Source: a virus (Duplodnaviria > Caudoviricetes). From it: DNA of 61,936 nt. Position 1 is the stretch's first letter. Each line of letters opens with the position of its first letter. Positions 10,535-20,730 of the stretch are shown piece by piece. Both the position numbers and the translations under genes were made by a program. The DNA is taken from positions 1-61,936 of IMG/VR virus record IMGVR_UViG_3300031974_003128; one strand, given 5' to 3'. The notes below the pieces were generated by a model. That model was given only the letters and a program-made list of their open reading frames with translations, was not told the DNA's origin and did not search any database.

Positions 10535-11455
10535 ATGGCATATATGAATCAAAATAAGTACTACACTAACAACGGGATAACTCCTACAGATACTAATTGG
10601 GGATCTTATCAATATGTTAGTTTGACAGACATTGTAAATAATTTTTTATTGATGTATGATGGCAACCATTCTCTTATTAATAATGAGCCTAGATATAAGA
10701 TATTATTTCATGCTAAGCGTGGTATACAAGAATTAAACTACGATGCTTTTAAAGAAATAAAAGCTTTAGAGTTAACTGTCTATGATGACTTAAGGTTTGT
10801 TTTACCTTCTGATTATGTCAACTGGGTAAAGCTATATCTTTTAAAAGACAATGTGTTAAGAGAGCTTGTTGAAAATATTCAAGTACAATCTGCTACACAA
10901 TACATACAATCTGCAACTGCTACATTTACTTATGATGGAGATAATAATGTAAACACTCAAGAATCTACATTAGATACTGAAAGAAAAAATGGATCATTAA
11001 AAAGTATTTATTTGAATGATGAGATAGATGAGAATGTAAATCCAAATGTTTATTACTTTGATAGTGATATTTATAATTACAAAATAGGAGCTAGATATGG
11101 ATTAAATACTGAAACAGCAAATATTAATCCTACATTTACAATTGATAAAAAAGCTGGTGTAATTAATTTTGATTCAACAATGGCAAATCAGCAGTGTGTA
11201 TTACAATATATATCTGATGGTATGGAAAATGGAGACAATACTCAGATTAGTGTCAATAAATTATTTGAAGAATATATATATGCATATATTAAATATGCCA
11301 TTTTAAATAGTAAATTTGGTGTTCAAGAATATATAGTGAACAGAGCTAAGAGAGATAAACAAGCTTTATTGAGAAACGCAAAGATCAGATTAAGTAACAT
11401 TCATCCAAGTAGATTGCTTATGAATCTTAGGGGTGAGAATAAGTGGCTAAAATAA
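10535..11455 (+). CDS. tail ring/adaptor protein 2
   Basis: 306 aa between adaptor and tail stabilisation gene; LPSDYVNWVK and LQYISDG segments. Confidence 0.6.
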   Translation: MAYMNQNKYYTNNGITPTDTNWGSYQYVSLTDIVNNFLLMYDGNHSLINNEPRYKILFHAKRGIQELNYDAFKEIKALELTVYDDLRFVLPSDYVNWVKLYLLKDNVLRELVENIQVQSATQYIQSATATFTYDGDNNVNTQESTLDTERKNGSLKSIYLNDEIDENVNPNVYYFDSDIYNYKIGARYGLNTETANINPTFTIDKKAGVINFDSTMANQQCVLQYISDGMENGDNTQISVNKLFEEYIYAYIKYAILNSKFGVQEYIVNRAKRDKQALLRNAKIRLSNIHPSRLLMNLRGENKWLK

Positions 11456-11456
11456 A

Positions 11457-14400
11457 ATGGCAAACATTCAAAGAAATTTTATAGCGGGCCGTATGAACAA
11501 AAGCCTTGATGAAAGGCTTGTTCCTAATGGAGAGTATATAGATGCTTTGAATGTTAGATTGGGTTCTACTGAAGAATCTGAGATAGGTGCAGTTGAAAAT
11601 ACAAAAGGTAACATACAGGTTACTACTTTACAGTATACAGACGGAACTCCACTGAGCACTTCTGCTAGATGTATTGGAGCTTATGAAGATGGAGCAAATG
11701 AAACCATTTATTGGTTTGTACACGATCCAGCTTTTACAGTTGGAGCTACAGGTAAACTAGATTTAATTGTTTCATACAATGTAGTTACAGGTTCTCTTAT
11801 ATACCACGTTGTTAGCATCAATGATGGTTTCGGGGGTAGCACTGTATTAAATTTCAATCCAGATTATTTAATAACAGGTATAGATAAGGTAGATGATTTA
11901 TTATTCTTTACAGATAATTTTAATCCACCAAGAGTAATTAATATAGGAAGAAACTACCCTAACCCTGTATCTAATATAGACCAGGTTACAAATGAACAAT
12001 TAAATGTAATTAAAAAACCACCAACACAATCGCCAAGTATTACATTAATTCAAACTTCTTTACAAGATTCATATTTAGAAGAAAACTTTATTTGTTTTGC
12101 ATACAGATATAAATATGCCAACGGAGAATATTCTGCTATATCACAGTTTTCTGAAGCAGCTTTTTTCCCTCAATCATTTCAATTTTCTGCAAATAGTTTT
12201 TTAAATGAAGGAATGATTAATAATAGTAACGGAGTTACTATAACTTATAATTCTGGAAGTTCTTTAGTTACAGGTATTGATTTATTATTTAAAGAAGCCA
12301 CTGATCCTACTATTAAAGTTATAGAAAGAATTGATAAAGCTAAAAATGGTTTAGCAAATAATGTTAATTACACTTTTACATTTACAAATAGCAAAATATT
12401 TACTGTTCTTCCTGAATATGAAATATTAAGATTATATGACAATGTTCCAAAGCTAGCTAAAGCTCAAACTGTAATGAACAATAGACTAGTTTATGGTAAC
12501 TATGTAGAAGGATATAATTTAATTGATATTAATAATACTGATGTTAACATTGATTTTTCAACAACATTAAATTCTACGTCTGTAGATTTAACAGACTTAA
12601 CAACAACTTTTGCTAATTCTCAATATCAAGCTTTTGGTAATACATATCCTGGTGTTAATAACAGATTACAGGTAGACTTTAATGGTAATACAGATAAGTT
12701 AAAACAGGGGGCTCAAATTAATTTTTTATTTAGATTTGAGTTTGATTCTGCATTTGATTCAAGTGGAGGTGGTTTACCTAATACAGATCAAGGTAGTACG
12801 ACAATAAGTTTTTCTTATGTTTTAACTCAAGATTATTATCAATCTGCTACACCTATATTAGATTTAGTCGCAAATGCTGATTTTAAAGCAAGAATAGGTA
12901 CTGCTACTTCTATTCAAACTGTAGCTAATGCTCAAGCTGGAAATGGTTCTACAATGACAGATCAGTTTAATGCTTCATTGCTTGCTCAACTTGGAACTAC
13001 TAGCCCACAATATGATGTTTATCAAACAGGTATTTCAGCTAGTACAGCAACACCTCCAGCAAAAGGAGAGCCTATTGCTACATCTGGCCCTAATAATGTA
13101 TTACAATTAGTTATACCAGCTGCTCAGTACGAAGAAACAGGAGTTGGTACTAACACAATTATACAGTATTATCAAATTACAGAAGCTTCAGCTTCAATTC
13201 AAGATATATCAGATACACAAAGTTTACATTCAAACAGAGGTTATGAAATTGGTATAGTATATATGGATGCATACAATAGAGCTTCAACAGCTTTAGTAAG
13301 TGACACTAATACAGTTAACATTCCTTGTTCAGCTTCTACATCAAAGAATGAAATACAAGTTACTATACCTATTACACAAAGAGCTCCAAGCTGGGCAACT
13401 AGATATAAGTTTGTTATTAAACCAGATAGAGAAAATTATGAAACTATATACTCAAGTATATTTATAAATGATCCAAACTCATTAAATACTTATTTATTAT
13501 TAGAAGGTGATAATGTTTCTAAAGTAGAAGAAGGGGATAGATTAATAGTAAAGAGAGATGCTAATGGCCCTATGCAGTCTTGTGTATACGCAACTGTATT
13601 AGAAAAAAAATCACAAGCTCCTGACTTTATAACACCTACAAGTGGTAATCCAGTTCCTGGAGGTACTTATATGAAAATGAGTGCTGAAGATTTTTCAACT
13701 ATAGAAGGAACAGATGATGTAATTAACTTAGGAACATTTGAACAAACTGCTGATAATGCTGACGAAAATCCAGTGGCAGCAAATCCTTTCTTTACAACAA
13801 GTGGTGGTATAAACACGAATTATGATGTACCTGTAGGATCAAGAATTGTAATGAAGATTGAGCAAGTAAGAAATGGAACAGGTAGTTTATGTGAACAAAG
13901 AACAAGTGTATTAGAAGAAACATTTATTGCAAGCGATAGTTTCAATGATATGTATGATTGGTTTGTTAGTGATAATGTAGCTTATGTTATTGAAAACAAT
14001 GCTACTACTGTTTCTGGCGATCCATCAGACCCTGTAGGAAATGTAGTAATTCCAAACTTAGTACCTGGTTCACCAACAGGGACACCTGAATCAAATGGAT
14101 ATGCAGGGAATAATATTGGTGATGCTGCAATGTTTACAATGTTTGGTGGTGAAACTAACAGCCCTACTACTAGCAGTGATTTACTTCTAAACAACTATTA
14201 TAGATTTTATCAAGACGGAAACGATAACAGTTATTATTTATTAGTTAGCGGAACAGCAGCATGTGGTGGAGGATCAAATCAAAGATCACTGGTAAAAGTA
14301 TCATTTACAGTTTATAGAAGAGATACATTTATTGTATTTGAAACTGAACCAGAAGAAGCTTTACCAGATGTGTGGTATGAAAATAATTTATCTTTTGGTA

Positions 14401-17400
14401 TTGATTCTGTTGGTAATCATGATGGTAATGTAATAAATCAAGATATTGCAACATCTCAACCTGGTATTGTTAATACAGGTTTCTTTAACTGTTATGCTTT
14501 TGGTAATGGTGTTGAGAGTTATAAAATAAGAGACTCTATTTCAGGTAAAGCAATCAATTTAGGTAACAGAGTATTTACAACATCTAATGTAGAATACAAA
14601 GAATCACATAGATTTGCTGATTTAACATATAGTGGTGTTTATAATGATGAAACTAACGTAAATAAACTTAACGAATTTAACCTTGGTTTATTAAACTTTA
14701 AACCATTAGAAGATTCTTATGGAGATATTGAAATATTATATGGAAGAAAAACAGATATTCTTACTCTACAAGAAGATAAAATATCTTATGTATTAGCAGG
14801 TAAAAATATACTGACAGACGCAGGCGGTGCAAACCAATTAACATCTGTTCCAGAAGTATTAGGTCAACAAGTCGCTAGAATAGAAGAGTATGGTATAAGT
14901 AATAACCCAGAAAGTTTTGCAGTATGGGGGCAAAATAAATACTTTACAGATGTAAAAAGAAGTGCAGTTGTAGAATTAATTGGTAGTTCTGCATCTGATG
15001 AACAACTTAGAATAATATCTGAAGCAGGTATGAGAAGCTGGTTTAGAGATTTATTTACTTCTGCATTTACTACACAAAAATTAGGAGGTTATGATCCATA
15101 CATGAATGAGTATGTACTTACCTCTAATACAATATTAAAACCTGAAGTAGCAGTATGTCTAGCTTGTGGTGTTTCTAAAAACATTACAGTTCCAGCAGGA
15201 GCTGAGTTTATTTATTGTGTTGATGTTACGCAAGCTGTAGGCACAGTAACAGTTGATTATGTAATACCAAGAGAAGGTGAATTAGATATAAACACTGAAT
15301 TAGCTGATGCTATGGTTTCAGAATCAGGAGTTCAATTAATTACAGAAGGAAATCTATCTACTACTTTTTACACTGTTCAGGTTATATACAATGGTATTAT
15401 ATATACATCAGGATCAGTAAACCAATCTGGATCAATTACATTTGCAAAAGATGTGCCTTCTCAAACACAAGCTACAGTTATTGTTACACAAGATTCTTCA
15501 GCTAATGATACAATAGAAATTACAGTTGGATGTCCATCTGCAGAAGAGCTAACTATTTATAGTGTATGTGTTACTGAACCAGCAGACGCAGGAAAATTTA
15601 TACACAATGAATTTGACTGGACTGACGGAACAACTACATCAGCTACACAATCAGATTTAGTTACATTTGGATCAGGAACTACTACATTTATTGTGTCACA
15701 ATATACTGTAAAAGTAGGAAGTCAAGGCACTGGTTTAATACCACCTGATTACGCTACGGTTACAATGTACTCAAACAAAATCGGATTTGATGATTTTGTA
15801 TTTAATCCTGCTACAGATAGATTTGGTTATTTAAGAACAAACACATTCTATGACAACAACATAGTTGATATTACTAGTTTATTAGCAGCCGCTGCTACTA
15901 TACCAACAAATGGAACTTTTGCTCCAACAAAATATTACTCAGACTTTACAATGCCTGCAACAACAGGTAATAAACTGTATTTAATCTGGGATTACACAGG
16001 AACTTTATCACCAACACCTCCTACTGCGCCAGTTGCTCCAACAGCACCTACACCAGTAGCACCAACTCCACCTACTCCAATAGCACCAACTCCTGTGCCA
16101 GTTCCTATTCCAACTCCTGTGCCAGCGCCAGTTCCTATTCCAACTCCGCCAACTCCGCCAACTCCGCCAACTCCAGTTGCTCCTACCCCAACACCTGTTC
16201 CGGTAGCACCAACTCCAGTTGCGCCAGTTGCTCCAACAGCACCTACTCCTACAGCTTTATACTATAGATTAAACCCTTGTGTTGGAACAGCTCAATTCTG
16301 TTACTATCAAGCAGCTGCACAGCCTGCTCCTAATCAGAGATATATTGATGGTACTACAGGTGTTTATTATTATTATAGTGGTGACGCTGGTTTAGTGAGT
16401 CCTGGTGGAACAGTTTGTTCAAACATACAAATTATTAGTGGTCAAACAGGATGTCCAGGAGCGCCTACTGCGCCTACTGCACCAACTCCAACTGCAACAT
16501 TCCAAGATGTAGAAATTAGAGAATGTTACACAACAGGAACAACATACCTTGTAAGATTACAAGGAGGGGTATTAACATCACCTACTTTATCAAGTGGGAC
16601 TGCTGTAAAAATTACTGGCTCAGCTTTCTTCCCTAATCCTGAGTTTACAGGAACTAAATGTTGGGAAATTATAGACGCATCGGCATCAAGCTATGATTCA
16701 GTCGTTTCAGTTGATGCAATAGAAAGTAGTTGTGGAAGTACAAATTGTCCTGTTACTTATGAATACAGAGAATATACAGAATGTCACACAAGTTTAACTC
16801 AAATATTTAGAAACTTTGCAGGAAGTACTTGGCCAAGTGTAATACAATACAATATAGGTGGAAATGATTTATGTTTCTCAAGCGGTGTTACAACAAGTAC
16901 AACATCGACAGTAGATATAGCAGGATTAACAACATTTAATAATTGTTATGATTGTGAAAGTCCAAACACTTGGAGTACTGCTATAGCAGGTAGTGGTGAT
17001 GGATCTGATTCAACGGCTTGTCCAAAAAGAACTGACTATGCTATATTTACAACAAGAGCTGATGTTTCATTAATACAAGCAGGAGATATAATGTATGCAA
17101 ACTCATCATTATCAACTGTATTTAATGGTGGTACATTATGGTATGGAGTATCAAATACTCAAGGATTATTAGGAGCTGATTACGCATTATTAATATTAGC
17201 AACAGGGGTTGTTCAAACTGTTGTGAATTGTAATCCTCCAACACCAAACCCTGTAGCGCCTATACCGACACCTCCATTCCCACCTACGCCTCCAACACCA
17301 CCATCGCCACCGACACCGGTTGCGCCAACTCAAGAAATTTCAGTTGTTAGATGTGGTACTGCTTCTCCAACTTATCATGTAGAAGTTATAGGAGCATCAG

Positions 17401-18368
17401 GATTAACAACAGGATTAGGTATTCAGTTTAGTTCTGGTGGATCAACTGGTGGTTGTCCAACTTTTGACACCACTCAATGTTATGAGATTACAGCTGTTAA
17501 CATTGGTTTCCATAACTGTCAAGGTAACTGGTATTTTACTAGTAGTAATTGTGGTGGATTAAGTGGATGTGTAGCGCCTACACCTCCGACTCCTCCAACA
17601 CCTACAGCGCCTACACCGACGCCTACTGCGCCTACACCCACACCGACTCCAACTCCTCCAACACCAGGGCCTACGCCTACGCCTACGCCTACACCGACGC
17701 CTACGCCTACGCCGACTCCGGTAGCACCAACACCTGTTCCGGTAGCATCGACTTATTACGCTACATTTGTTGAATGTGGTGATCCAACAGGAGCAGTGTT
17801 ACAAGTATTTGATTCTAGTCCAATTTCTAGTATATGGGTTATTGATGACGGTATATTATGTTATGAATATGTAAATAGTAGTGGAACAGGAGCTGATGGA
17901 AATATAAATAGTTATAATTTATTTACGAGCTGTATAGATTGTCAGAATCCTCCAACGCCTACGCCAGTACCTGTACCAGTACCAGTGCCTGTGCCTGTGC
18001 CTGTGCCTGTGCCTACTCCAGTGCCGACACCTACGCCGCCGACACCTACTCCGCCGACACCTACTCCAGTGCCTGTGCCTACTCCAGTGCCTGTGCCGAT
18101 ACCTACACCTACTCCAGTAGCGCCTAGCCCAAGTTGTATAGGATTAACGGGAAGTAGAAGCTCAATATCTGCGGCAGATGCTTGTAGTTCAACAAGAGTT
18201 GAAACTCATTACTATAATAGCGGAAGTTTCTGTTCAGCAACAGCATACTATGGAACAACAGCAGGATGTTCAAGCTTATATGCATCAGCAGTATATGTTA
18301 CTGTAGGGGGTAATGTTAGATTCTGGAATGGATCAGCATTTACTACATCTTGTCAAGGATGTCCATAA
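11457..18368 (+). CDS. tail stabilisation (nozzle, P22 gp10-like) protein, N-terminal part, with long Pro-rich/Cys-rich C-terminal extension
   Basis: N-terminus FIAGRMNKSLDERLVPNGEYIDALN, FAYRYKY, LGGYDPYMNEY typical of Bacteroidota podovirus stabilisation proteins; after about aa 1515 alternating Pro-rich tracts and Cys-rich modules. Confidence 0.75.
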   Translation: MANIQRNFIAGRMNKSLDERLVPNGEYIDALNVRLGSTEESEIGAVENTKGNIQVTTLQYTDGTPLSTSARCIGAYEDGANETIYWFVHDPAFTVGATGKLDLIVSYNVVTGSLIYHVVSINDGFGGSTVLNFNPDYLITGIDKVDDLLFFTDNFNPPRVINIGRNYPNPVSNIDQVTNEQLNVIKKPPTQSPSITLIQTSLQDSYLEENFICFAYRYKYANGEYSAISQFSEAAFFPQSFQFSANSFLNEGMINNSNGVTITYNSGSSLVTGIDLLFKEATDPTIKVIERIDKAKNGLANNVNYTFTFTNSKIFTVLPEYEILRLYDNVPKLAKAQTVMNNRLVYGNYVEGYNLIDINNTDVNIDFSTTLNSTSVDLTDLTTTFANSQYQAFGNTYPGVNNRLQVDFNGNTDKLKQGAQINFLFRFEFDSAFDSSGGGLPNTDQGSTTISFSYVLTQDYYQSATPILDLVANADFKARIGTATSIQTVANAQAGNGSTMTDQFNASLLAQLGTTSPQYDVYQTGISASTATPPAKGEPIATSGPNNVLQLVIPAAQYEETGVGTNTIIQYYQITEASASIQDISDTQSLHSNRGYEIGIVYMDAYNRASTALVSDTNTVNIPCSASTSKNEIQVTIPITQRAPSWATRYKFVIKPDRENYETIYSSIFINDPNSLNTYLLLEGDNVSKVEEGDRLIVKRDANGPMQSCVYATVLEKKSQAPDFITPTSGNPVPGGTYMKMSAEDFSTIEGTDDVINLGTFEQTADNADENPVAANPFFTTSGGINTNYDVPVGSRIVMKIEQVRNGTGSLCEQRTSVLEETFIASDSFNDMYDWFVSDNVAYVIENNATTVSGDPSDPVGNVVIPNLVPGSPTGTPESNGYAGNNIGDAAMFTMFGGETNSPTTSSDLLLNNYYRFYQDGNDNSYYLLVSGTAACGGGSNQRSLVKVSFTVYRRDTFIVFETEPEEALPDVWYENNLSFGIDSVGNHDGNVINQDIATSQPGIVNTGFFNCYAFGNGVESYKIRDSISGKAINLGNRVFTTSNVEYKESHRFADLTYSGVYNDETNVNKLNEFNLGLLNFKPLEDSYGDIEILYGRKTDILTLQEDKISYVLAGKNILTDAGGANQLTSVPEVLGQQVARIEEYGISNNPESFAVWGQNKYFTDVKRSAVVELIGSSASDEQLRIISEAGMRSWFRDLFTSAFTTQKLGGYDPYMNEYVLTSNTILKPEVAVCLACGVSKNITVPAGAEFIYCVDVTQAVGTVTVDYVIPREGELDINTELADAMVSESGVQLITEGNLSTTFYTVQVIYNGIIYTSGSVNQSGSITFAKDVPSQTQATVIVTQDSSANDTIEITVGCPSAEELTIYSVCVTEPADAGKFIHNEFDWTDGTTTSATQSDLVTFGSGTTTFIVSQYTVKVGSQGTGLIPPDYATVTMYSNKIGFDDFVFNPATDRFGYLRTNTFYDNNIVDITSLLAAAATIPTNGTFAPTKYYSDFTMPATTGNKLYLIWDYTGTLSPTPPTAPVAPTAPTPVAPTPPTPIAPTPVPVPIPTPVPAPVPIPTPPTPPTPPTPVAPTPTPVPVAPTPVAPVAPTAPTPTALYYRLNPCVGTAQFCYYQAAAQPAPNQRYIDGTTGVYYYYSGDAGLVSPGGTVCSNIQIISGQTGCPGAPTAPTAPTPTATFQDVEIRECYTTGTTYLVRLQGGVLTSPTLSSGTAVKITGSAFFPNPEFTGTKCWEIIDASASSYDSVVSVDAIESSCGSTNCPVTYEYREYTECHTSLTQIFRNFAGSTWPSVIQYNIGGNDLCFSSGVTTSTTSTVDIAGLTTFNNCYDCESPNTWSTAIAGSGDGSDSTACPKRTDYAIFTTRADVSLIQAGDIMYANSSLSTVFNGGTLWYGVSNTQGLLGADYALLILATGVVQTVVNCNPPTPNPVAPIPTPPFPPTPPTPPSPPTPVAPTQEISVVRCGTASPTYHVEVIGASGLTTGLGIQFSSGGSTGGCPTFDTTQCYEITAVNIGFHNCQGNWYFTSSNCGGLSGCVAPTPPTPPTPTAPTPTPTAPTPTPTPTPPTPGPTPTPTPTPTPTPTPTPVAPTPVPVASTYYATFVECGDPTGAVLQVFDSSPISSIWVIDDGILCYEYVNSSGTGADGNINSYNLFTSCIDCQNPPTPTPVPVPVPVPVPVPVPVPTPVPTPTPPTPTPPTPTPVPVPTPVPVPIPTPTPVAPSPSCIGLTGSRSSISAADACSSTRVETHYYNSGSFCSATAYYGTTAGCSSLYASAVYVTVGGNVRFWNGSAFTTSCQGCP
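16008..18131 (+). repeat. five Pro-rich coding tracts (about 16008-16253, 16456-16495, 17235-17330, 17571-17745, 17949-18131)
   Basis: Tandem units such as (ccaactccg)n, (acgcct)n, (gtgcct)n encoding PTP, PT, PV. Confidence 0.95.
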
Positions 18369-18427
18369 AATAATATTTGCACCCTTTAAATATAATTTTT
18401 AACTTTATTAAAATTTAATTTAATATA

Positions 18428-19717
18428 ATGGAGGAAATAAAAGATTTTTTGACTCAAGAAGAGTGTCAAGAATTAATAAAATTAATAGATGCCGACCACC
18501 AAAGATCACAAGTTGTGGAAGGTGGAACTGATAGATCAGCAGTATCAGAAGTAAGAACATCAAGCACTTGTAATCTTAGTAACGAAAACCCACTTGTTTT
18601 AAAAGTACATAAAAAAATATCTGAACACCTTGGTTTAGATATAAAATATGGTGAGTCACTTCAAGGACAACTATACGAAGTTGGTCAGTTTTTTAAACCA
18701 CACCAAGATTTCTTTAGTGGTATTGCATACGATAAACATTGCAAAGCTTCAGGTAATAGAACGCATACATTTATGATTTATTTAAATGATGATTTTGAGG
18801 GCGGAGGAACACACTTTCCAACATTGAAAAAAACAATAGAGCCTGAAACAGGGAAAGGTTTATGGTGGTATAATATGGTAGATGGTGAAGTACAGAATCA
18901 ATATATGCACGAAGGTGTATCAGTTGACAGTGGTAAAAAATATATTATAACTTCTTGGTGGAGAGAGAAAGTTTGGGATGGAGCAGCTGATCAAAATCTT
19001 TATGAGCAATCTGCCAAAGAAGATATTGAAGATGCTGTAGTAGTAGAAGAGCCACAATCATATATTGTTAAAGCATCAGAGTTAATTAAAACCACTGAGG
19101 TAATTGAGTCATCAGCTAAAACATTTTCAAGCAAAGATGATTTTCCCAAGTTTACTGAACAAGGTTTTGCATTACAAAAATGTCCTGCAAATGTGTGGGG
19201 AGTTATTCAGGATGCATATAACTTATTGAAAGAAAAACTTGTAGAAGAAAACTTCGAAGGCAAAGAACAATTTATAGTAGGTGGTGGTAGTGATATATTA
19301 TCTTTTGACCACGCTCCTAATATAAGATCTTATATTCATAATGAGTTGATTGGTATACACGAAGAGTTTTCAAAAGAAAACCTTGAGCCATCTTTTGTAT
19401 ATGGTATAAGATCATATACTAAAAATGCAACTTTAACACCTCATACCGATAGAATAGCAACCCATCATATATCGTCAATTATAATTGTAGATAAAGACTT
19501 AGCTTGCGGTTGTTCAAATAAACCAAACGCTGATGATTGGCCACTAGATATTCAGGGTCATGATGGTGAATGGTATAAAGTATATGCACAACCAGGAGAT
19601 ATGATACTGTATGAATCTGCTAAATGTGAACACGGAAGAGTAGAACCTTTTGGAGGAACATTCTTTAGGAACTTTTATGTGCATTATAAATTAAAAGACT
19701 GGGAGTATAAACCATGA
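18428..19717 (+). CDS. prolyl 4-hydroxylase-like 2OG-Fe(II) oxygenase fused to a second 2OG-Fe(II) oxygenase domain
   Basis: Domain 1: FLTQEEC, RTSS, ESLQ..YEVGQFFKPHQD, TFMIYLND.EGGGTHFP, YMHEG..V.SGKKY...W; domain 2: YGIRSY..LTPHTDR, PGDMILYESAKCEHGR. Confidence 0.9.
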   Translation: MEEIKDFLTQEECQELIKLIDADHQRSQVVEGGTDRSAVSEVRTSSTCNLSNENPLVLKVHKKISEHLGLDIKYGESLQGQLYEVGQFFKPHQDFFSGIAYDKHCKASGNRTHTFMIYLNDDFEGGGTHFPTLKKTIEPETGKGLWWYNMVDGEVQNQYMHEGVSVDSGKKYIITSWWREKVWDGAADQNLYEQSAKEDIEDAVVVEEPQSYIVKASELIKTTEVIESSAKTFSSKDDFPKFTEQGFALQKCPANVWGVIQDAYNLLKEKLVEENFEGKEQFIVGGGSDILSFDHAPNIRSYIHNELIGIHEEFSKENLEPSFVYGIRSYTKNATLTPHTDRIATHHISSIIIVDKDLACGCSNKPNADDWPLDIQGHDGEWYKVYAQPGDMILYESAKCEHGRVEPFGGTFFRNFYVHYKLKDWEYKP

Positions 19718-20730
19718 GTAAAACAATACTTGTAACAGGTGGCGCTGGTTTTATAGCTCATCACGTTATAGAAGAAATACTGGATAATACTGACTGGAAT
19801 ATAGTTAGTCTAGATAGATTAGATTTTAGTGGTAATCTAAATAGACTGCAAGAAGTAGTAGGTAGTAGAAAAGATAAGAAAAGAGTTAAAGTTATACATC
19901 ACGATTTAAAAGCTCCTCTTAATCCTCAGATTACTTCTTCTATTGGTAAGGTAAATTATGTAGCTCATTTAGCTGCAGGATCTCACGTAGATAGAAGTAT
20001 TGACTATCCAATGGAGTTTGTTCTTGATAATGTGGTTGGGACAGCAAACATATTAGAGTATGCTAAAACATTAGATATGCTAGATAAGTTTGTTTATTTT
20101 AGTACGGATGAAGTATTTGGCCCAGCTCCAGGAGAAGTTAAGTATAAGGAGAATGATAGATATAATTCTACTAATCCATATAGCGCATCTAAAGCTGGGG
20201 CAGAAGAGTTAGTTGTGGCTTTTGAAAACACTTATCAAATGCCAAACATAATAACCCATACTATGAATGTCTTTGGCGAAAGACAACATCCCGAAAAGTT
20301 TATACCAATGTGTATTAATAAAGTGTTAAAAGGTGAAAAGATTTGGATACACGGTAACAAAGAAAAAACAGAAGCCGGTAGCAGACACTACATACACGCT
20401 AAAGATGTAGCTAGTGCTTTATTGTTTTTACTAAATAATGACACACCATCTGTGCCTGATGAAACAGGAATTAAGTGTCCTAAGTATAATATTGTAGGTT
20501 CAGAAGAAATAGATAATTTATCATTAGCATTATATATATCAGCAGTGTTAAAGAAAAAATTAAAATATGAAATTATAGACTTTCATTCATCAAGACCAGG
20601 GCATGATTTACGTTATGCTTTATGTGGTGATAAAATGAAAAGTATTGGATGGACACCTAGTGAAGTTTATGATAAACTAAAACAAACTGTAAACTGGACT
20701 GTAGAAAATAAAAGATGGTTGATAGATTAA
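19714..20730 (+). CDS. NDP-glucose 4,6-dehydratase (RmlB-like extended SDR)
   Basis: VTGGAGFIA, HLAAGSHVDRSI, STDEVFG, YSASK, RPGHDLRYA. Confidence 0.9.
   Translation: MSKTILVTGGAGFIAHHVIEEILDNTDWNIVSLDRLDFSGNLNRLQEVVGSRKDKKRVKVIHHDLKAPLNPQITSSIGKVNYVAHLAAGSHVDRSIDYPMEFVLDNVVGTANILEYAKTLDMLDKFVYFSTDEVFGPAPGEVKYKENDRYNSTNPYSASKAGAEELVVAFENTYQMPNIITHTMNVFGERQHPEKFIPMCINKVLKGEKIWIHGNKEKTEAGSRHYIHAKDVASALLFLLNNDTPSVPDETGIKCPKYNIVGSEEIDNLSLALYISAVLKKKLKYEIIDFHSSRPGHDLRYALCGDKMKSIGWTPSEVYDKLKQTVNWTVENKRWLID

Noticed and set aside
17549-18127. Alternative-frame ORFs 17549..17773 and 17939..18127 (AYAYAY, CACAC)
   Set aside because: Shadow frames of the Pro-repeat microsatellites, which lack stop codons
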